This document shows, piece by piece, positions 9,878 through 24,074 of a stretch of DNA of 64,000 nucleotides (its first letter is position 1; the number at the start of each line of letters is the position of its first letter). A program made the translations under genes and the position numbers. Source of the stretch: Planctomycetota bacterium (lineage in GTDB: Bacteria > Planctomycetota > UBA1135 > UBA2386); assembly GCA_965223545.1 (NCBI GenBank), contig OZ245006.1, positions 3,648,001 to 3,712,000 of the forward strand. The letters run 5' to 3'. Under the pieces are notes generated by a model. It saw only the letters and a program-made list of their open reading frames with translations. It had not been told where the DNA came from and made no database searches.

Positions 9878-11473
9878 TCACTCCGCGCCCGGCGGCACGA
9901 TCCGATACACGGTGAACCACTCGTTGGCGTAGCTCTGCTCGAAGCGGGGCGGGAAGTCGTCGAGGATCCTCTGCCACCGCTCGCGATCGTGCAGCCGCGG
10001 CGTCGCGCCGGCGTCGAGGTTGGGAGCCACGTGGCAGACGATCAGATAGTCGACGCCCTTGTCGTCGAAGTACTGCATCGTCTCGTGCGTCTGCGCCGGC
10101 CCGCGCAGGGCGGCGAACGTGCGACCGGTCTCCAGCGCCAGCACGCGCGGGAAGCGGAAGATCAAGAACGAGTCCGGCGGGGTCTCCTCTTCGACGTAGC
10201 GCGACAGCGCGCGCATCGGCTCCCCGTCGATGCCCTCGATCGGCCCGAACGGCAGTCGTGAGTACTTGCCGGCAAAGGACGCGGCCAGCGCCAGCGTCAG
10301 CACACAGCCCAGCACCGGCCCCAGCGCCCATCGCGCCCCGGTCGCCGTCGAGCCGATCGCCTGGATCGCGAAGTAGGCGTAGGCGAACAGGAGCGGCGCG
10401 GTCGGCAGCATGTAGCGGTTGTGGTAGATCGACCAAATGATCGACGCGGCCACGTAGAGCGGCACGAACACCTCGAACGGTGTGAAGCCGCGCCGACAAC
10501 GCACGAGAAAGCCCACGACCGCCAGCGACAAGAACACCGCGGCCAGCACCTTGGTCGCCCACGGCAGATAGCCGTTCTCGAACAGACTCGCATACTTGGA
10601 GAGGTTGTAGGTGATGATCGCGAGGTCGTTGGGACGGAACTGATCGAGGTAGCTGTCGGGGGAGTGCAACAGCACCAGCTGCGGTGCGGCGCAGAGCGCG
10701 AAGGTGGCCAGGGCAACCAGCAGAAAGCGGCTGGGGCGGCGCATGCGCAACAGGTCGTGCGCGATCACCACCGGCACGAGCACTCCACCCAACGTGCGCA
10801 ACCCATAGCCCACGTAAAGCAGGATGCCCGTGACGATGGCGCTGCCCACGCTCGGCGACGCGCCCTGGCCAGCGCGCTGATAGCCGCGGTGGACCCACCA
10901 CAGGGTGAAGAAGCAGACCGGCAAGAAGGTCAGGTCCGAGCCGATGTCGTCCTTGTAGCGCCAGAAGAACGGGCTGAACCCACAGGCGGCGATCGCGGTC
11001 AACAGGTAGGCCGGACGCACGGAATTGCGAAAGCCCAGGAAGAGCGCGCCAAGCGCGAGCACCATCGCGATCACGGCCAATCGCTTGGCGGCGATCAAAT
11101 CGACGCCCGACGCCATGTAGACCGGCACCAACAGGAGCGGATACAGCGGGGGGTATGTGGCCGGCGCAAGGTCGATCAGCTGTTGGGTGCGGACGTAACC
11201 GATGTCGTCATAAGGCCTTCCCTCGACAACATTGGCGGCGTGCGCGAAGTACTGGCTGTAGTCGCCAATCCAGCGGTGGCCGCTGCGGACCGTAGACCAC
11301 TGGAAGGCACCGATGGCCAAGAGGAGGCAGACGAGGACGAGCTTGACCTTCACGAGGAGCGGAGCGGGGGGCTTGGGCCGGTGGCCGGCACCTGATCCTA
11401 CCGGCTCGATTCGCACCCCGCGAACGCCGGCGGGAGCGGCAGTTCGGCGGAAAAATGGAGATCGCCGTGTCAC
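9878..11473 (-). CDS. Multi-pass membrane glycosyltransferase (GT-C, PMT/ArnT-like)
   Basis: GDYSQY after first TM, YPPLYPLLL, SDL, RY motif, roughly ten hydrophobic segments; start uncertain. Confidence 0.7.
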   Translation of the reverse strand: MTRRSPFFRRTAAPAGVRGVRIEPVGSGAGHRPKPPAPLLVKVKLVLVCLLLAIGAFQWSTVRSGHRWIGDYSQYFAHAANVVEGRPYDDIGYVRTQQLIDLAPATYPPLYPLLLVPVYMASGVDLIAAKRLAVIAMVLALGALFLGFRNSVRPAYLLTAIAACGFSPFFWRYKDDIGSDLTFLPVCFFTLWWVHRGYQRAGQGASPSVGSAIVTGILLYVGYGLRTLGGVLVPVVIAHDLLRMRRPSRFLLVALATFALCAAPQLVLLHSPDSYLDQFRPNDLAIITYNLSKYASLFENGYLPWATKVLAAVFLSLAVVGFLVRCRRGFTPFEVFVPLYVAASIIWSIYHNRYMLPTAPLLFAYAYFAIQAIGSTATGARWALGPVLGCVLTLALAASFAGKYSRLPFGPIEGIDGEPMRALSRYVEEETPPDSFLIFRFPRVLALETGRTFAALRGPAQTHETMQYFDDKGVDYLIVCHVAPNLDAGATPRLHDRERWQRILDDFPPRFEQSYANEWFTVYRIVPPGAE

Positions 11474-11556
11474 CGATGGGACCGAGCGGCCGGTTCAGGG
11501 AACTTCAGGAGGACCATTCTCCGTCCCCACCCGCCACCTCTGGCCCGGGAGCAACG

Positions 11557-14499
11557 ATGCACAGTCACCTCCATCCCGCAGTCGCGATCCTCGGCGCGTG
11601 CTGCGCGCTGGCGGCGCAAGCGCCGCGCCAGCTCCTCGATATCCGCCAGCCCACGCAGACCGTGTCGTCCAGCCCGACGGACCTCACGCGCTCGGGGGCG
11701 ACGATCTTCTTCACCGCCACCGGGCTCAGCGGCCGTGAGCTCTACCGCACGCTGGGAGGCGTGGGTGGCGCAAGCCTCGTCGCCGATCTCGCGCCCGGCA
11801 GCACCGGCTCGAACCCGTCGGCGCTGACGCCATTTGGCGGTGGAGTCTACTTCGTCGCCGACGACACGGTCAGCGGCCGCGAGCTGTGGTACTCGGACGG
11901 CACGGCGACCGGCACCCGGCTGATCGCCGACCTGGTCGCCGGCAGCGGCGGGGCCAACCCGCGCTCGCTGACGCCCTACGGCACCGATCTCTACTTCGTC
12001 GCCACGCCGCAGACCGTGCTGTGGCGGACCAACGGCACGACCGCCGGGACCACGCCCGTGGCCGGCGCGCCGGCGACGGGCGAGGTCGCCACGGCGGCGG
12101 GTCGCCTGTTCTTCATCGGCTACGACGGCTTCGATTGGGGACTGTGGACCATCGGCGCGGCGGGCATTCCGAGCGAGCTGCAGTCGTTCCCCAACAACGC
12201 GCGGTCGCTGACCGGTACCGGCAGCCGCCTGTACTTCGTCGCCGACGACGGCGTCAGCGGCTTGGAGCTGTGGACCTCGGACGGCACCGCCCCCGGCACG
12301 CGACGCGTCGCCGACATCGCCCCCGGTGCAGCGAGCAGCAACCCGACGACCCTGACCCCATCGGGCAACTCCCTGTTCTTCGCCGCGACGGAGCCCACTC
12401 GGGGCAACGAGCTGTGGGTGACCGACGGCACCACCGCGGGCACGCGCGCCGTCACCGACCTCAACCCCGGCCCCGCGGGATCCGCGCCGACGGAGCTCGT
12501 CGCATTTGCCGGGGGCGTGGTGTTCCGCGCCGACGACGGCAGCGGCAATGGCCTTTGGCGCACGGACGGCACGGCCGCCGGCACGGTGCTCTTGCGCGCC
12601 AACAGCACTGCCCTCGGCCTGCACGCGATTGCGACCGACGTGTTCTTCCGCGATCTCATCGATGGCGAGCTGTGGGCCACCGACGGGACGCCGGGCGGCA
12701 CCCGGCGCGTGGTCGAGTTCTTCGCCGGCCCCCGCGGCGGCAACCCGGGGGGCTTCGTCGTCCATGCGTCCAACCGGAGTGTCGTGTTCGCCGCGGACCG
12801 ACCCGTGTCGGGCCGAGAGCTGTTCGTATCGGACGGCACCGCCCTGGGAACCGTGCTGCTCGACGACCTCAACACGGCGCCGTTGTCGGGCAGCACGGAC
12901 TCGGATCCCGCCGAGTTCACCGCGCTGTTCGGCGGTGGCCTGTTCACCGCCGACGACGGCGTGCTCGGTCGTGAGCTGTGGTTTACCAATGGCACTGCCG
13001 CCGGGACCACGCTGACCTTGGATGCCCGCGTCGGCCCCGCCGGAGCCGACCCCCGCGAGCTCACCCGAGTCGGCGCGCAGGTGCTCTACTCCGCGGAGAC
13101 CGACGCGAACGGCAGGGAGCTCTGGTGCTCCGACGGCACCGCCGCCGGCACGCGGCTCGTGCGGGACATCTTCCCCGGGGTGCTGCCGTCCATTCCGTCG
13201 GAGCTGACCGCCGCCGGTGGATACGCCTGGTTCTCGGCCGATGACGGCAGCGGTCGCGAGCTGTGGCGGTCCGATGGAACCGCCGCCGGCACCGCCATGG
13301 TGGCGGATCTGGAGCCGGTCGGCGGGTCCGCGCCGCGCTTCTTGGTGGCGCTGCAGGATCGGGTCCTGTTCTTCGCCTACACGCTGGCCATCGGTCTGGA
13401 GCTGTGGGAATCGGACGGGACACCGGGGGGCACCCAGGCGGTCAAGGACATCAACCCCGGTTCCGGGTCCACGTTCCCGCAGGCAATGGTCGCCGCCGAG
13501 AACCGCGCCTACTTCATCGCCAGCATCGGAACGTCCACGGGGCTCTGGACCACCGACGGAACCGCACAGGGCACGATCAACCTGACCCAGGGCACCGCCG
13601 GCCGGATCATCGCTCCCTTTGGCGCGGCGGTGCTGTTCGTGGTCTCGAAGCTCAGCGGGCCGGAACTGTGGTACACCAACGGAACGCGCATCAACACACG
13701 CCTGGTCGCGGGCCTCGGACCCGGCGTGCTGGGACCCCACTCGTGGGCGGGCGCCAGCGCCGGCGGCTTCGTCTACTTCGCGGTTCCCGACCCGACGCTC
13801 GGCACCGAGCTGTGGCGCAGTGACGGCACGGTGGCTGGCACGACGCGCATTACCGATCTGCGGCACGGCGACGTCGACCCGCAGGCGATCCCGATCACCG
13901 CCGCCGGCGACCGCCACGTGTACTTCGCGGTGCGGACCACCACCGACGTCGAGCTGTGGCGCACCGACGGCACCGCGGCGGGGACGACCCAGCTCGGGCC
14001 GGCGTTCTACAGCGTTGGCAACAGCCGCGGACAGCGGGCCAGCTTCGCGCTGATCGATGGGCGCATCCTGTTCGCCGCCGACGGCCCCGCGGGCAGCGGC
14101 GTCGCCGGCATCGAGCCGTGGGTCTTCGATCCCGGCGCCACCGCTCAGCCGTGGCCGGTGGCGTGCCCCCTCGGCACGCGCCCAACCCTCACCGCGTCCG
14201 ACCCGGTGCTCGGCAGCACCGCCGGCATCCGCCTGGTGCAATCGACGCCGGCAACGGCGGCCGCCATCTTGGTGTCGGCAGCCCTGCCGCCGGTGCGGCT
14301 CCCCGCCAGCACGTGTGCGCTGGTCGTCGACCCGTTCTCCGCGCTGGCGACCGTCGGCACCGGGGGCAGTCTCACGGCAAGTGCCCCCGTTCCCGCCCAA
14401 CAGATCCTGCAGGGATTGCGCGTCGCGCTGCAGGGGGCGACGTTGAGCACCGCGGGCTTGTCGATCTCCGACGGGATCTACTGGACCCTGGGCCGCTGA
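11557..14499 (+). CDS. ELWxxDGT repeat secreted protein
   Basis: More than ten ELWxSDGT/LWxTDGT repeats; ATG 11557 after GGGAG gives signal peptide MHSHLHPAVAILGACCALAAQ. Confidence 0.9.
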   Translation: MHSHLHPAVAILGACCALAAQAPRQLLDIRQPTQTVSSSPTDLTRSGATIFFTATGLSGRELYRTLGGVGGASLVADLAPGSTGSNPSALTPFGGGVYFVADDTVSGRELWYSDGTATGTRLIADLVAGSGGANPRSLTPYGTDLYFVATPQTVLWRTNGTTAGTTPVAGAPATGEVATAAGRLFFIGYDGFDWGLWTIGAAGIPSELQSFPNNARSLTGTGSRLYFVADDGVSGLELWTSDGTAPGTRRVADIAPGAASSNPTTLTPSGNSLFFAATEPTRGNELWVTDGTTAGTRAVTDLNPGPAGSAPTELVAFAGGVVFRADDGSGNGLWRTDGTAAGTVLLRANSTALGLHAIATDVFFRDLIDGELWATDGTPGGTRRVVEFFAGPRGGNPGGFVVHASNRSVVFAADRPVSGRELFVSDGTALGTVLLDDLNTAPLSGSTDSDPAEFTALFGGGLFTADDGVLGRELWFTNGTAAGTTLTLDARVGPAGADPRELTRVGAQVLYSAETDANGRELWCSDGTAAGTRLVRDIFPGVLPSIPSELTAAGGYAWFSADDGSGRELWRSDGTAAGTAMVADLEPVGGSAPRFLVALQDRVLFFAYTLAIGLELWESDGTPGGTQAVKDINPGSGSTFPQAMVAAENRAYFIASIGTSTGLWTTDGTAQGTINLTQGTAGRIIAPFGAAVLFVVSKLSGPELWYTNGTRINTRLVAGLGPGVLGPHSWAGASAGGFVYFAVPDPTLGTELWRSDGTVAGTTRITDLRHGDVDPQAIPITAAGDRHVYFAVRTTTDVELWRTDGTAAGTTQLGPAFYSVGNSRGQRASFALIDGRILFAADGPAGSGVAGIEPWVFDPGATAQPWPVACPLGTRPTLTASDPVLGSTAGIRLVQSTPATAAAILVSAALPPVRLPASTCALVVDPFSALATVGTGGSLTASAPVPAQQILQGLRVALQGATLSTAGLSISDGIYWTLGR

Positions 14500-14520
14500 C
14501 CGGCACCAGCGGGGCGAACG

Positions 14521-15603
14521 CTACCGATACTCGATGACGCAGCCCGAGCCCGCCTCCCACGCGCCGTCACTGCTCGTCGACGGGGCGTAGCCGCTGGTCA
14601 CGTCGCTGGGGATCGCGGAGGGCAGCATCGGCACGACCTGCACGGCGCCGTTGCTGACCGCCACTCCCATCGGGTAGCTGGCGACCGTGGTCGGCGCGAT
14701 CGCCTGCATGTAGATCGGCACGCGGGTCAACGTCATGGACAACGGCAGCGCGGTCGACAACTTGAGCTGCCCGGTCGGGCCCGTCGCGCCGATGATGCCG
14801 AGGCCGATCTGTCCGCCGACCGGCACCGGCTCGCACGGACAGCGCGGGCCCGGGCAGACGCCGAGGTCGTCGTCGGTGCCCACCAGCAGCGCCACCGCGA
14901 CGTTGGGCTCGCCGACCACGCACAGGTCCCAGCCAAACGAGGTCGCCCCGCGGCGCACGCTCATCGTGCTGTCCAAGCTCATCGGGGCCATGGCGCCCGA
15001 GAAGTCGGGAACGTCACAGCCGTCCGGCCCCTTGCCGGCGACGATGCAGGAGCCCTCGACATCGATGGGGTAGGGTCCGGTGGGCGAGACGCCAGTGCCG
15101 ATGATGTCGACCAGCAGCGCCGAGTCCGCGGTCGTCCGCGCGTACGGATAGGGTGTGTCGAACGGCAGGTAGAACGAGCTCGCACTGCCAAACGCGACGG
15201 GAGCCGACCCCGGCTTGCGCTGCAGATCGGGCAGCGCCACCGTCTTGTCAGGGCCGATGACCACGATGCTGTTGGTGCCGCGCACGAACGGCGCGGTGCC
15301 CCCCGATGGCACGGTGCGGTAGTCGATCTCGTGCAGCTCGACGGTCGCCAAGAACGACCGCGGCCCGGCCGCGAGCTCGTCGTACTGATAGCCGTCGCGA
15401 CGGAAGCCGAGCGCGCCGTAAACCCCGCCCGGCGCGCCCTTGTCCACTTGCTGGTAGCGAAACGCGGCGGTGGCGAACAGGTCGTTGCGCACGCCGACAC
15501 CCTCGACCGCGCCGAGGCCGGGCGGGCTCGTGGTCTGCGCGGGCGCGCCGGCCGCCCACAGGGCGGCGATCGACAGGGTCAACAACAGGGTGGTGCGAGG
15601 CAT
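14521..15603 (-). CDS. Secreted hypothetical protein (paralogue of 22434-23552)
   Basis: Signal peptide MPRTTLLLTLSIAALWAAGAPAQ, GGAG upstream; motifs shared with the 22434 protein. Confidence 0.75.
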   Translation of the reverse strand: MPRTTLLLTLSIAALWAAGAPAQTTSPPGLGAVEGVGVRNDLFATAAFRYQQVDKGAPGGVYGALGFRRDGYQYDELAAGPRSFLATVELHEIDYRTVPSGGTAPFVRGTNSIVVIGPDKTVALPDLQRKPGSAPVAFGSASSFYLPFDTPYPYARTTADSALLVDIIGTGVSPTGPYPIDVEGSCIVAGKGPDGCDVPDFSGAMAPMSLDSTMSVRRGATSFGWDLCVVGEPNVAVALLVGTDDDLGVCPGPRCPCEPVPVGGQIGLGIIGATGPTGQLKLSTALPLSMTLTRVPIYMQAIAPTTVASYPMGVAVSNGAVQVVPMLPSAIPSDVTSGYAPSTSSDGAWEAGSGCVIEYR

Positions 15604-15625
15604 CGGAACTCCGCGGTCTAAGGCT

Positions 15626-18369
<2,744 letters not shown>

Positions 18370-18373
<4 letters not shown>

Positions 18374-21300
18374 AGCCCCAGCCGCAGCTCGATCGCCGGC
18401 GAGGTGTCGAAGCCGAAGAACGGGTCATCGGAGGGGAACACGAGCGCCTGCACGCGCAGGTTGGCGCCGATGTAGCTCGACACCAGCGGGATCGGCAGCA
18501 CCGCGTTGTAGTTGGTGATCGCCGGCGCGGAGCCGAACTGCAAGAACGTGCCCAAGTCGAGCTGCAGGGTGCAGCCACCCTGCAGCGGGGCCGGCAGCAG
18601 CGGCCGGGTGCTGATGTAGAACAGCGCCGTCGTGCCGGGCAGGTTGCCGGAGCCGGAGCCGTCGAACTGGACGTTGCCGCCGATGTGCGGCGCAGTCGCA
18701 TACAGATCGGGGCGGCGGTCGTAGCCGCCGCAGCCGGTGCCGAAGCGGCGGGCGACCGCGTCGGCGGGCAACGACCACGGCTCGGTGCCGGTGACCCCGT
18801 CGTCGGCGTTGAAGACCATGCTGTGCTGCGCCACGCCAAAGCGCGCGTCGCCACTCGACGACGACGCCGGCCCCGGCGCCAGGTCGGCAATGCGGTGCGG
18901 GTTCTGCAGGAACAGCGTCTCGACGATCCACGGCTCGCGGCCGACACCCGGTTCGTCGGCGGTGAAGTAGAGATCATCGGAGCTGAAGAACAGCCCGCGC
19001 GGCGACGACGAACCCGGGCCCGGCACGAGATCGAGCAGGGTCGGCGCGCCGAGGCTCGCCCACCAGAGCTCCTCGCCGGCGACGCCGTCATCGGCGACGA
19101 ACGCGACCCGGTCGATGTGCAGCCGGGTGATCTCGCGCGGGTCGGAGCCGAGCGGACCCGGGCGCAGGTCGGCGATCTGGACCGTACCGGGCGCGGTGCC
19201 GTTGGAGCGCCACAGCTCGAGCCCGGTGGCACCGTCGTCCGCGGCGAAGTACAGCCTGGGGCCGGTGGTCACCATCTCGCCCGGGATGCCGTCGGCGCCG
19301 CCCGGGTTGATGTCGCGCACCAGCTGCGTCCCACTGGGGAAGCCACCGGAAGTCCACAGCTCGCGGCCGGCCGTGCCGTCGTCGGCGGTGAAGTAGAGGA
19401 CGTTGCGATAGCCGATGAGCGTGCGCGGGGCCGAGCCCTGCGGCCCCGGTCGCAGATCACCCAAGAACAGCAACGCCGGCGAAAAGCGCGGCGCGCGCCA
19501 GTGCAGCACCCAGAGCTCTTCGCCGTTGGTACCGTCGTCCGCGGTGAAGAACAGGTTGTTGCCGACGACGGTGAAGTGCGCGGGATTGGACGATCCCGGC
19601 CCGGGGTTGATGTCGTAGAGCTGCTGGTTGAAGTAGAACTCGCGGCCGTTGGTGCCGTCGTCCGCCGAGTAGGCGATGTTGCGGCCGACCGGCGTCAAGT
19701 GCTGCGGGTCCGAGGATCCCGGCCCCGGATTGACGTCCGCGTAGAGCGCGAACCCAGTCCCCGCGGCCGACGCGGTCCACAGCTCCAGCCCGGCGGCGCC
19801 GGTGTTGGCAAAGAACGCCCGCCAATCGGCGGTGAACACCACCTCGTCGATCGGTGAGCTGCCAAGGAAGGAGAGGTTTGCGAGCAGCGCGGTCCCCGCC
19901 GCGGTGCCGTCGGTGCGCCAGAGCTCGCGCCCGGTCGCCGGTTCGGTCGCCATGAACCACAGGTCCCCGGTCGGCGTCTCCCAGTAGGGACCGGGGTCGG
20001 AGCCGGGGTCTGCACCTTGCGCCAGGTCGGCCAGCACGCTGCTGGTACCGCCCTCGCGGTAGACGTGCGGCTCGATGCCGAGCGGGTCGACACCACGCGC
20101 GGCGAACAACACGGTCTCCGCCCCCGGAGTCGTCGACATCACCACGGCGTGGTCGGGATTCGACGAGGTCAGCAGACCGAGCCCGGGCCGCACGTCGTAG
20201 ACCAGCTGCGCGGTCAGTCCGTCCGTGCGCCACAGCTCGCGCCCGGTCGCACCGAGGCCGGTGTCGGCGCTGAAGTAGACGTGCGCGTCGCTCTGCGCCA
20301 AGAAGCGCGGCGCGCTGCTGCCGCTGGTGTGGATGTCGGCAAGCGGCGCGACGCTGAACAAATCGAGCCGATACGGCTCGTCACCGGTCACTCCGTCGTC
20401 CGCGACGAACAGGATCGGCTGGTTGAACGGATCGAGGGCCGCCGCGGAATACAACCCGTGCGGGTCGGCGCTCGCCGCCCCCGGCGCCAAATCCGTCAGC
20501 TGGAACACCTGCCCCGAGAACGCATCCGTCATCCACAACTCGCGACCGCTGCGGCTCGTGGTCGCGGCAAACACCACGGTGTTGCCGCGCGCCGTCAGCT
20601 CGTCGGGATCGGCACCGACACTCCCCACCTCCAGATCGACCGCCAGCCCGTAGCTCGGCGTGCCGCCACCGAACGGCTCGAACCACGAGTACAGCTCGAC
20701 CCCCGCCACCGGATCATCGGCGACGAACCAAACGGTGACCCCCTGCGAGAAGAACGACGGAACCAGCGGCCCGTGGTGCGCCAAGCGCCGCGCGACCACC
20801 CCGTCCAAGGGACCGGCCGCAACGTCGGTGAGCCGCTCCGCCCCCCCGACGCTGGCGCGCCAAAGCTCGCGTCCGTGCGTGCTGGTCCACGCCGAGAAGA
20901 ACGTGCGGATCTCGGGCCTGCCGGTCACCACGTCGAACCACTCGACGACGTGCAGATCACGCGGACTCGACGACCCCGGCCCGACCTCGATGTCCTGCAC
21001 CCTCGCCGTGCCCGCGGCCGTCCCGTTCGTGCGCCACAGCTCGACGTCACCGCTCGCGAGATCGCGCGCCGAGAACAGCACGGTGCTCCGGTTCTGCGCC
21101 CAGTTATCCGGATACGACACGGGCTCGATCGCGGCCAACGACACGGTGCCAACCGCAGTCCCGTCGGTCGCCCAAAACCGGTTGTCCGCGAAGAACACCA
21201 CCCGGCCGTTCACCGACAGCAGCTTCTCCACATCCGACGAAGCAGCTCCCGGCACGATGTCGACGAGCAGCTGCGTGCCCGCGGCCGTGCCATCCGTCGA

Positions 21301-21486
21301 CCAGAGCTCGCGACCCGCGCTGGGAGTGCGCGCACTGAACAACCACTGGTTGCCGAGCGCGGTGAACTCGCGCGGATCGGAGCCCACCGGTGTGCTCGGG
21401 GTGTTGATGTTGGCAAGGCGAGTCGGCGTTTGCGAACCGGCGACGCCGGTGGCGAACGCCACAGCGAGGGGCAGGAGGGTGCGCAT
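18370..21486 (-). CDS. ELWxxDGT repeat secreted protein
   Basis: Many ELW repeats; start MRTLLPLAVAFATGVAGSQ at 21486; stop overlaps the kinase start (GTGA). Confidence 0.9.
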
Positions 21487-21705
21487 GGTTGGGGCCTTTC
21501 TCTGCGCTTGGAGGTGTGGGGGCAAGCGTAGGGGAGGTTGGGGTGGAGGGCAGGAGTTGTTCGGGCGTGACGGTGGAGCGGAAGGGGCGCGGGCTTGGGG
21601 GTCGCCACAAGGAACGAAGGGTGCGCATGAGGAGCGCCAACAACCTGCTCCCGGTTCGGCGCCAGCAAGTTGCGGGCCCGACAATCTGTCGATAGTGTTG
21701 GACGA

Positions 21706-22164
21706 ATGAGGACAGGTGGATTCCCAGGCCAAGCGGAGGCCCTTCGCGCAAGGCTCGAGCAGGTCAAGAACGATGGGCGCCGAATGGCGACGCGGCGGAT
21801 GTTTGGCGGGCTCCTGGTTGGAGCTGTCGCCGGTGTCGCAAGCACCTACACTCTCGTTGGCAACCCGGCGCACGTCGAAGCAAGCAGTTTGGACTCGTCA
21901 CCGCATTGGGCACGCGAACTGGCAACTGGCCCTTTCGAACGATTACTGCGCTCGCAAGTCACCTTCGTCGCCACCGTCATGCAAAGTCCGCAGCCCGACC
22001 CAGCTCTGTGGACCGGAGTTTCCCGCCTGGTGCACTGCGCGGCGGAAGGCGATCCACGAGTCAAGCCTGGTGTGCGCGTCGCGATCAGCAGTTTGCTAGA
22101 TCGGCCCGACCTCCCTGCTCACATGCGGCCATGGCGGACCCTCCACTTGAACGGTGAGAAATAG
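21706..22164 (+). CDS. Hypothetical protein with a single TM segment
   Basis: Open frame with hydrophobic segment RRMFGGLLVGAVAGVAST; overlaps the next ORF; start uncertain. Confidence 0.5.
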   Translation: MRTGGFPGQAEALRARLEQVKNDGRRMATRRMFGGLLVGAVAGVASTYTLVGNPAHVEASSLDSSPHWARELATGPFERLLRSQVTFVATVMQSPQPDPALWTGVSRLVHCAAEGDPRVKPGVRVAISSLLDRPDLPAHMRPWRTLHLNGEK

Positions 22165-22423
22165 CGAAGTGGCCCCCGCTGGCGAGCTGACCATTCAACC
22201 GAATCCGGTGACGGAAGGGTCGGACGTCCAGATCGAATACCAGGGCCCCGGACCATTGCTTGTTTCCGTCGATGGACAGGACTGGGAAGAGGTCCCACTC
22301 GACGACCAGGGTCAAGGTTCATTCACTGCGCCGAGCGGCACGAGCGTCTTGCTGTTCTCGGATCATGATCTCCCTGATCCCTCAGAGGACGCCGTTGTCG
22401 TGGTTAGCACGAGCTCACCGTAG
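22154..22423 (+). CDS. Small acidic beta-rich (Ig-like) hypothetical protein
   Basis: 89 aa, LTIQPNPVTEGSDVQIEY; stop overlaps the AGGAG RBS of the next gene. Confidence 0.6.
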   Translation: MRNSEVAPAGELTIQPNPVTEGSDVQIEYQGPGPLLVSVDGQDWEEVPLDDQGQGSFTAPSGTSVLLFSDHDLPDPSEDAVVVVSTSSP

Positions 22424-22433
22424 GAGACCCACT

Positions 22434-23552
22434 ATGCGCACTTCGATTGCACCGTTTGCCGCCCTCATCAGCGCAACCGCGATCCTCAGCGGAACGTCGG
22501 TCGGGCAGAGCATCGTCACGGTTCCGGCGGGCCTCGATCAGCGGGAGGGCAACTCGCGCGGGTTGGTGCCCGGCTTCAACGCACACTGGCGACAGCAGGT
22601 ACTGCTCGACGCGAGCCTGCTGTCCACGATCGCGGGACAGCCCGTGCAGGCGCTGTGGCTGCGGCGCGACCACGAGCTCGGGATTGCGTATCCGGCGGGA
22701 CGCGCCCGGGTGCGGTTGTCGATCTCGACGGCGCAGCGCGGCGTGGCGAATCCCTCACGCAACTTTGCCGACAACCGCGGCACGCCCACCGTCGTGTTCG
22801 ACGGCGAGCTCGCGCTCCCGGCGGTCACGGCGCCCACAGGAGCAGCGCCATGGGCCACGCCGTCGGCTGTACGGGTGCCGTTTTCGACCCCGTTCGTGCA
22901 CGGCAGTGGCGACTTGTGCATCGAGATCGAAGGCACGCCGGTCGTAACGCCCGCCGCCTGGTCCGTCGACTACGAGCACCGCGCGGTCGGCGCGACGGTC
23001 TCTCCCCGCGGCACACCCTGCGGCGGGCCCAGCAACCACTTTCGCAACACCGCGCTCGCCTGGGGGCGCCATCTCGTGCCGGGATCGACGGGGATTCTGG
23101 TCTCCTTCGGACAACCCAGCACGCCCGCGATCGTCGTGCTCGGCGCAGCCCCAATCGACCCCGGTGTCCCGCTCGATGGGATTGGCGCCACGGGTTGCAA
23201 GGTGTACGTGCGCCCCGACATCGCGGTGCCCACCGCCTACGGTGCGCTGACGGGTCCAACCCCGTTTGCACCCCTGCGCTTCGAGCTTGAGCTACCCGCT
23301 AGCACCACCCTGCTCGGCAAGACCTTTCACGCGCAGTGGGTCAACCTCGAGACCGGTCCGGCGCGCAGCAATCCCGCGGGCCTGACCACCACCAACGCGC
23401 TCGACATCACGATGGCCGCCACACCGCCACCGGTAATGATGTCCACAGTCTCCTCGCGCCAAGTCGACCCCAGCCTGCCATGGCCGGACGAGGGCCGCAT
23501 CCAAGTCGCGCGCGGCCCGGTGCTTGGCTTCGAGCTGCAGTCCACACGCTGA
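22434..23552 (+). CDS. Secreted hypothetical protein (paralogue of 14521-15603)
   Basis: AGGAG RBS, ATG 22434, signal peptide ending SVGQ. Confidence 0.8.
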   Translation: MRTSIAPFAALISATAILSGTSVGQSIVTVPAGLDQREGNSRGLVPGFNAHWRQQVLLDASLLSTIAGQPVQALWLRRDHELGIAYPAGRARVRLSISTAQRGVANPSRNFADNRGTPTVVFDGELALPAVTAPTGAAPWATPSAVRVPFSTPFVHGSGDLCIEIEGTPVVTPAAWSVDYEHRAVGATVSPRGTPCGGPSNHFRNTALAWGRHLVPGSTGILVSFGQPSTPAIVVLGAAPIDPGVPLDGIGATGCKVYVRPDIAVPTAYGALTGPTPFAPLRFELELPASTTLLGKTFHAQWVNLETGPARSNPAGLTTTNALDITMAATPPPVMMSTVSSRQVDPSLPWPDEGRIQVARGPVLGFELQSTR

Positions 23553-23561
23553 CCCGAGCAC

Positions 23562-23928
23562 ATGCGACTGTTGTCCATCAAGTCCTCGTTGATGGCGTTG
23601 GGTGCCTTGCATCTGCCTGTGTGCGGTCAAGGTGTCTCGTGGGACCCCGTTCCGTCCGGTCCGGTACCGTGGAGTCGGAACCACCAGCTCGCCAATTCCG
23701 ATCAACCGCCACTCTCGCTGGCAAGAAGCCGGATCTGGCCCGGCCCGTCACAGGTCGGCAGGACGAAAACGGGTTCTCGCGCACGCGCATCGACGGAACG
23801 GCGGAGCACTACGATGCTCAGGGCCGCCTCAGCAGCGTCACCGACCGCAACGGCAACCGCACGAGCTCGTACAACGCGCGTGGCACCGTCGAGAGCATCA
23901 CCGATCCGGCTCAGCGGGTGACCCGCGT
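23562..23928 (+). pseudogene. Truncated secreted Rhs/YD-repeat protein
   Basis: Signal-like N-terminus at 23562; in another frame HYDAQGRLSSVTDRNGNRTSSYNARGTVESITDPAQRVTR (YD repeats); cut by an IS256 end. Confidence 0.65.
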
Positions 23929-24074
23929 TGGCCGAGGCTGCGGAAAAGAAATGGCGTCGCCTCAACGGCGCGGAATTCGTCCCCGCAGTGGTAGACGGCG
24001 TCAGTGCAAAGATGGAATCAGGGTTGAGGACGCCGCGTGATCAATTCACCATCCACAGCTATCGACAATATCTC
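23929..24074 (+). mobile_element. IS256-family right-end remnant
   Basis: Transposase C-terminus AEAAEKKWRRLNG...VVDGV/KDGI...AA* followed by terminal ATCCACAGCTATCGACAATATCTC. Confidence 0.7.

Noticed and set aside
11470..14400. 976-aa minus-strand ORF and similar long antisense ORFs
   Set aside because: Shadows of well-supported genes on the opposite strand.
21518..21550. G-run cluster (possible G-quadruplex) in the divergent promoter region
   Set aside because: One loop is 8 nt and G-runs are expected at this GC content; no independent support.
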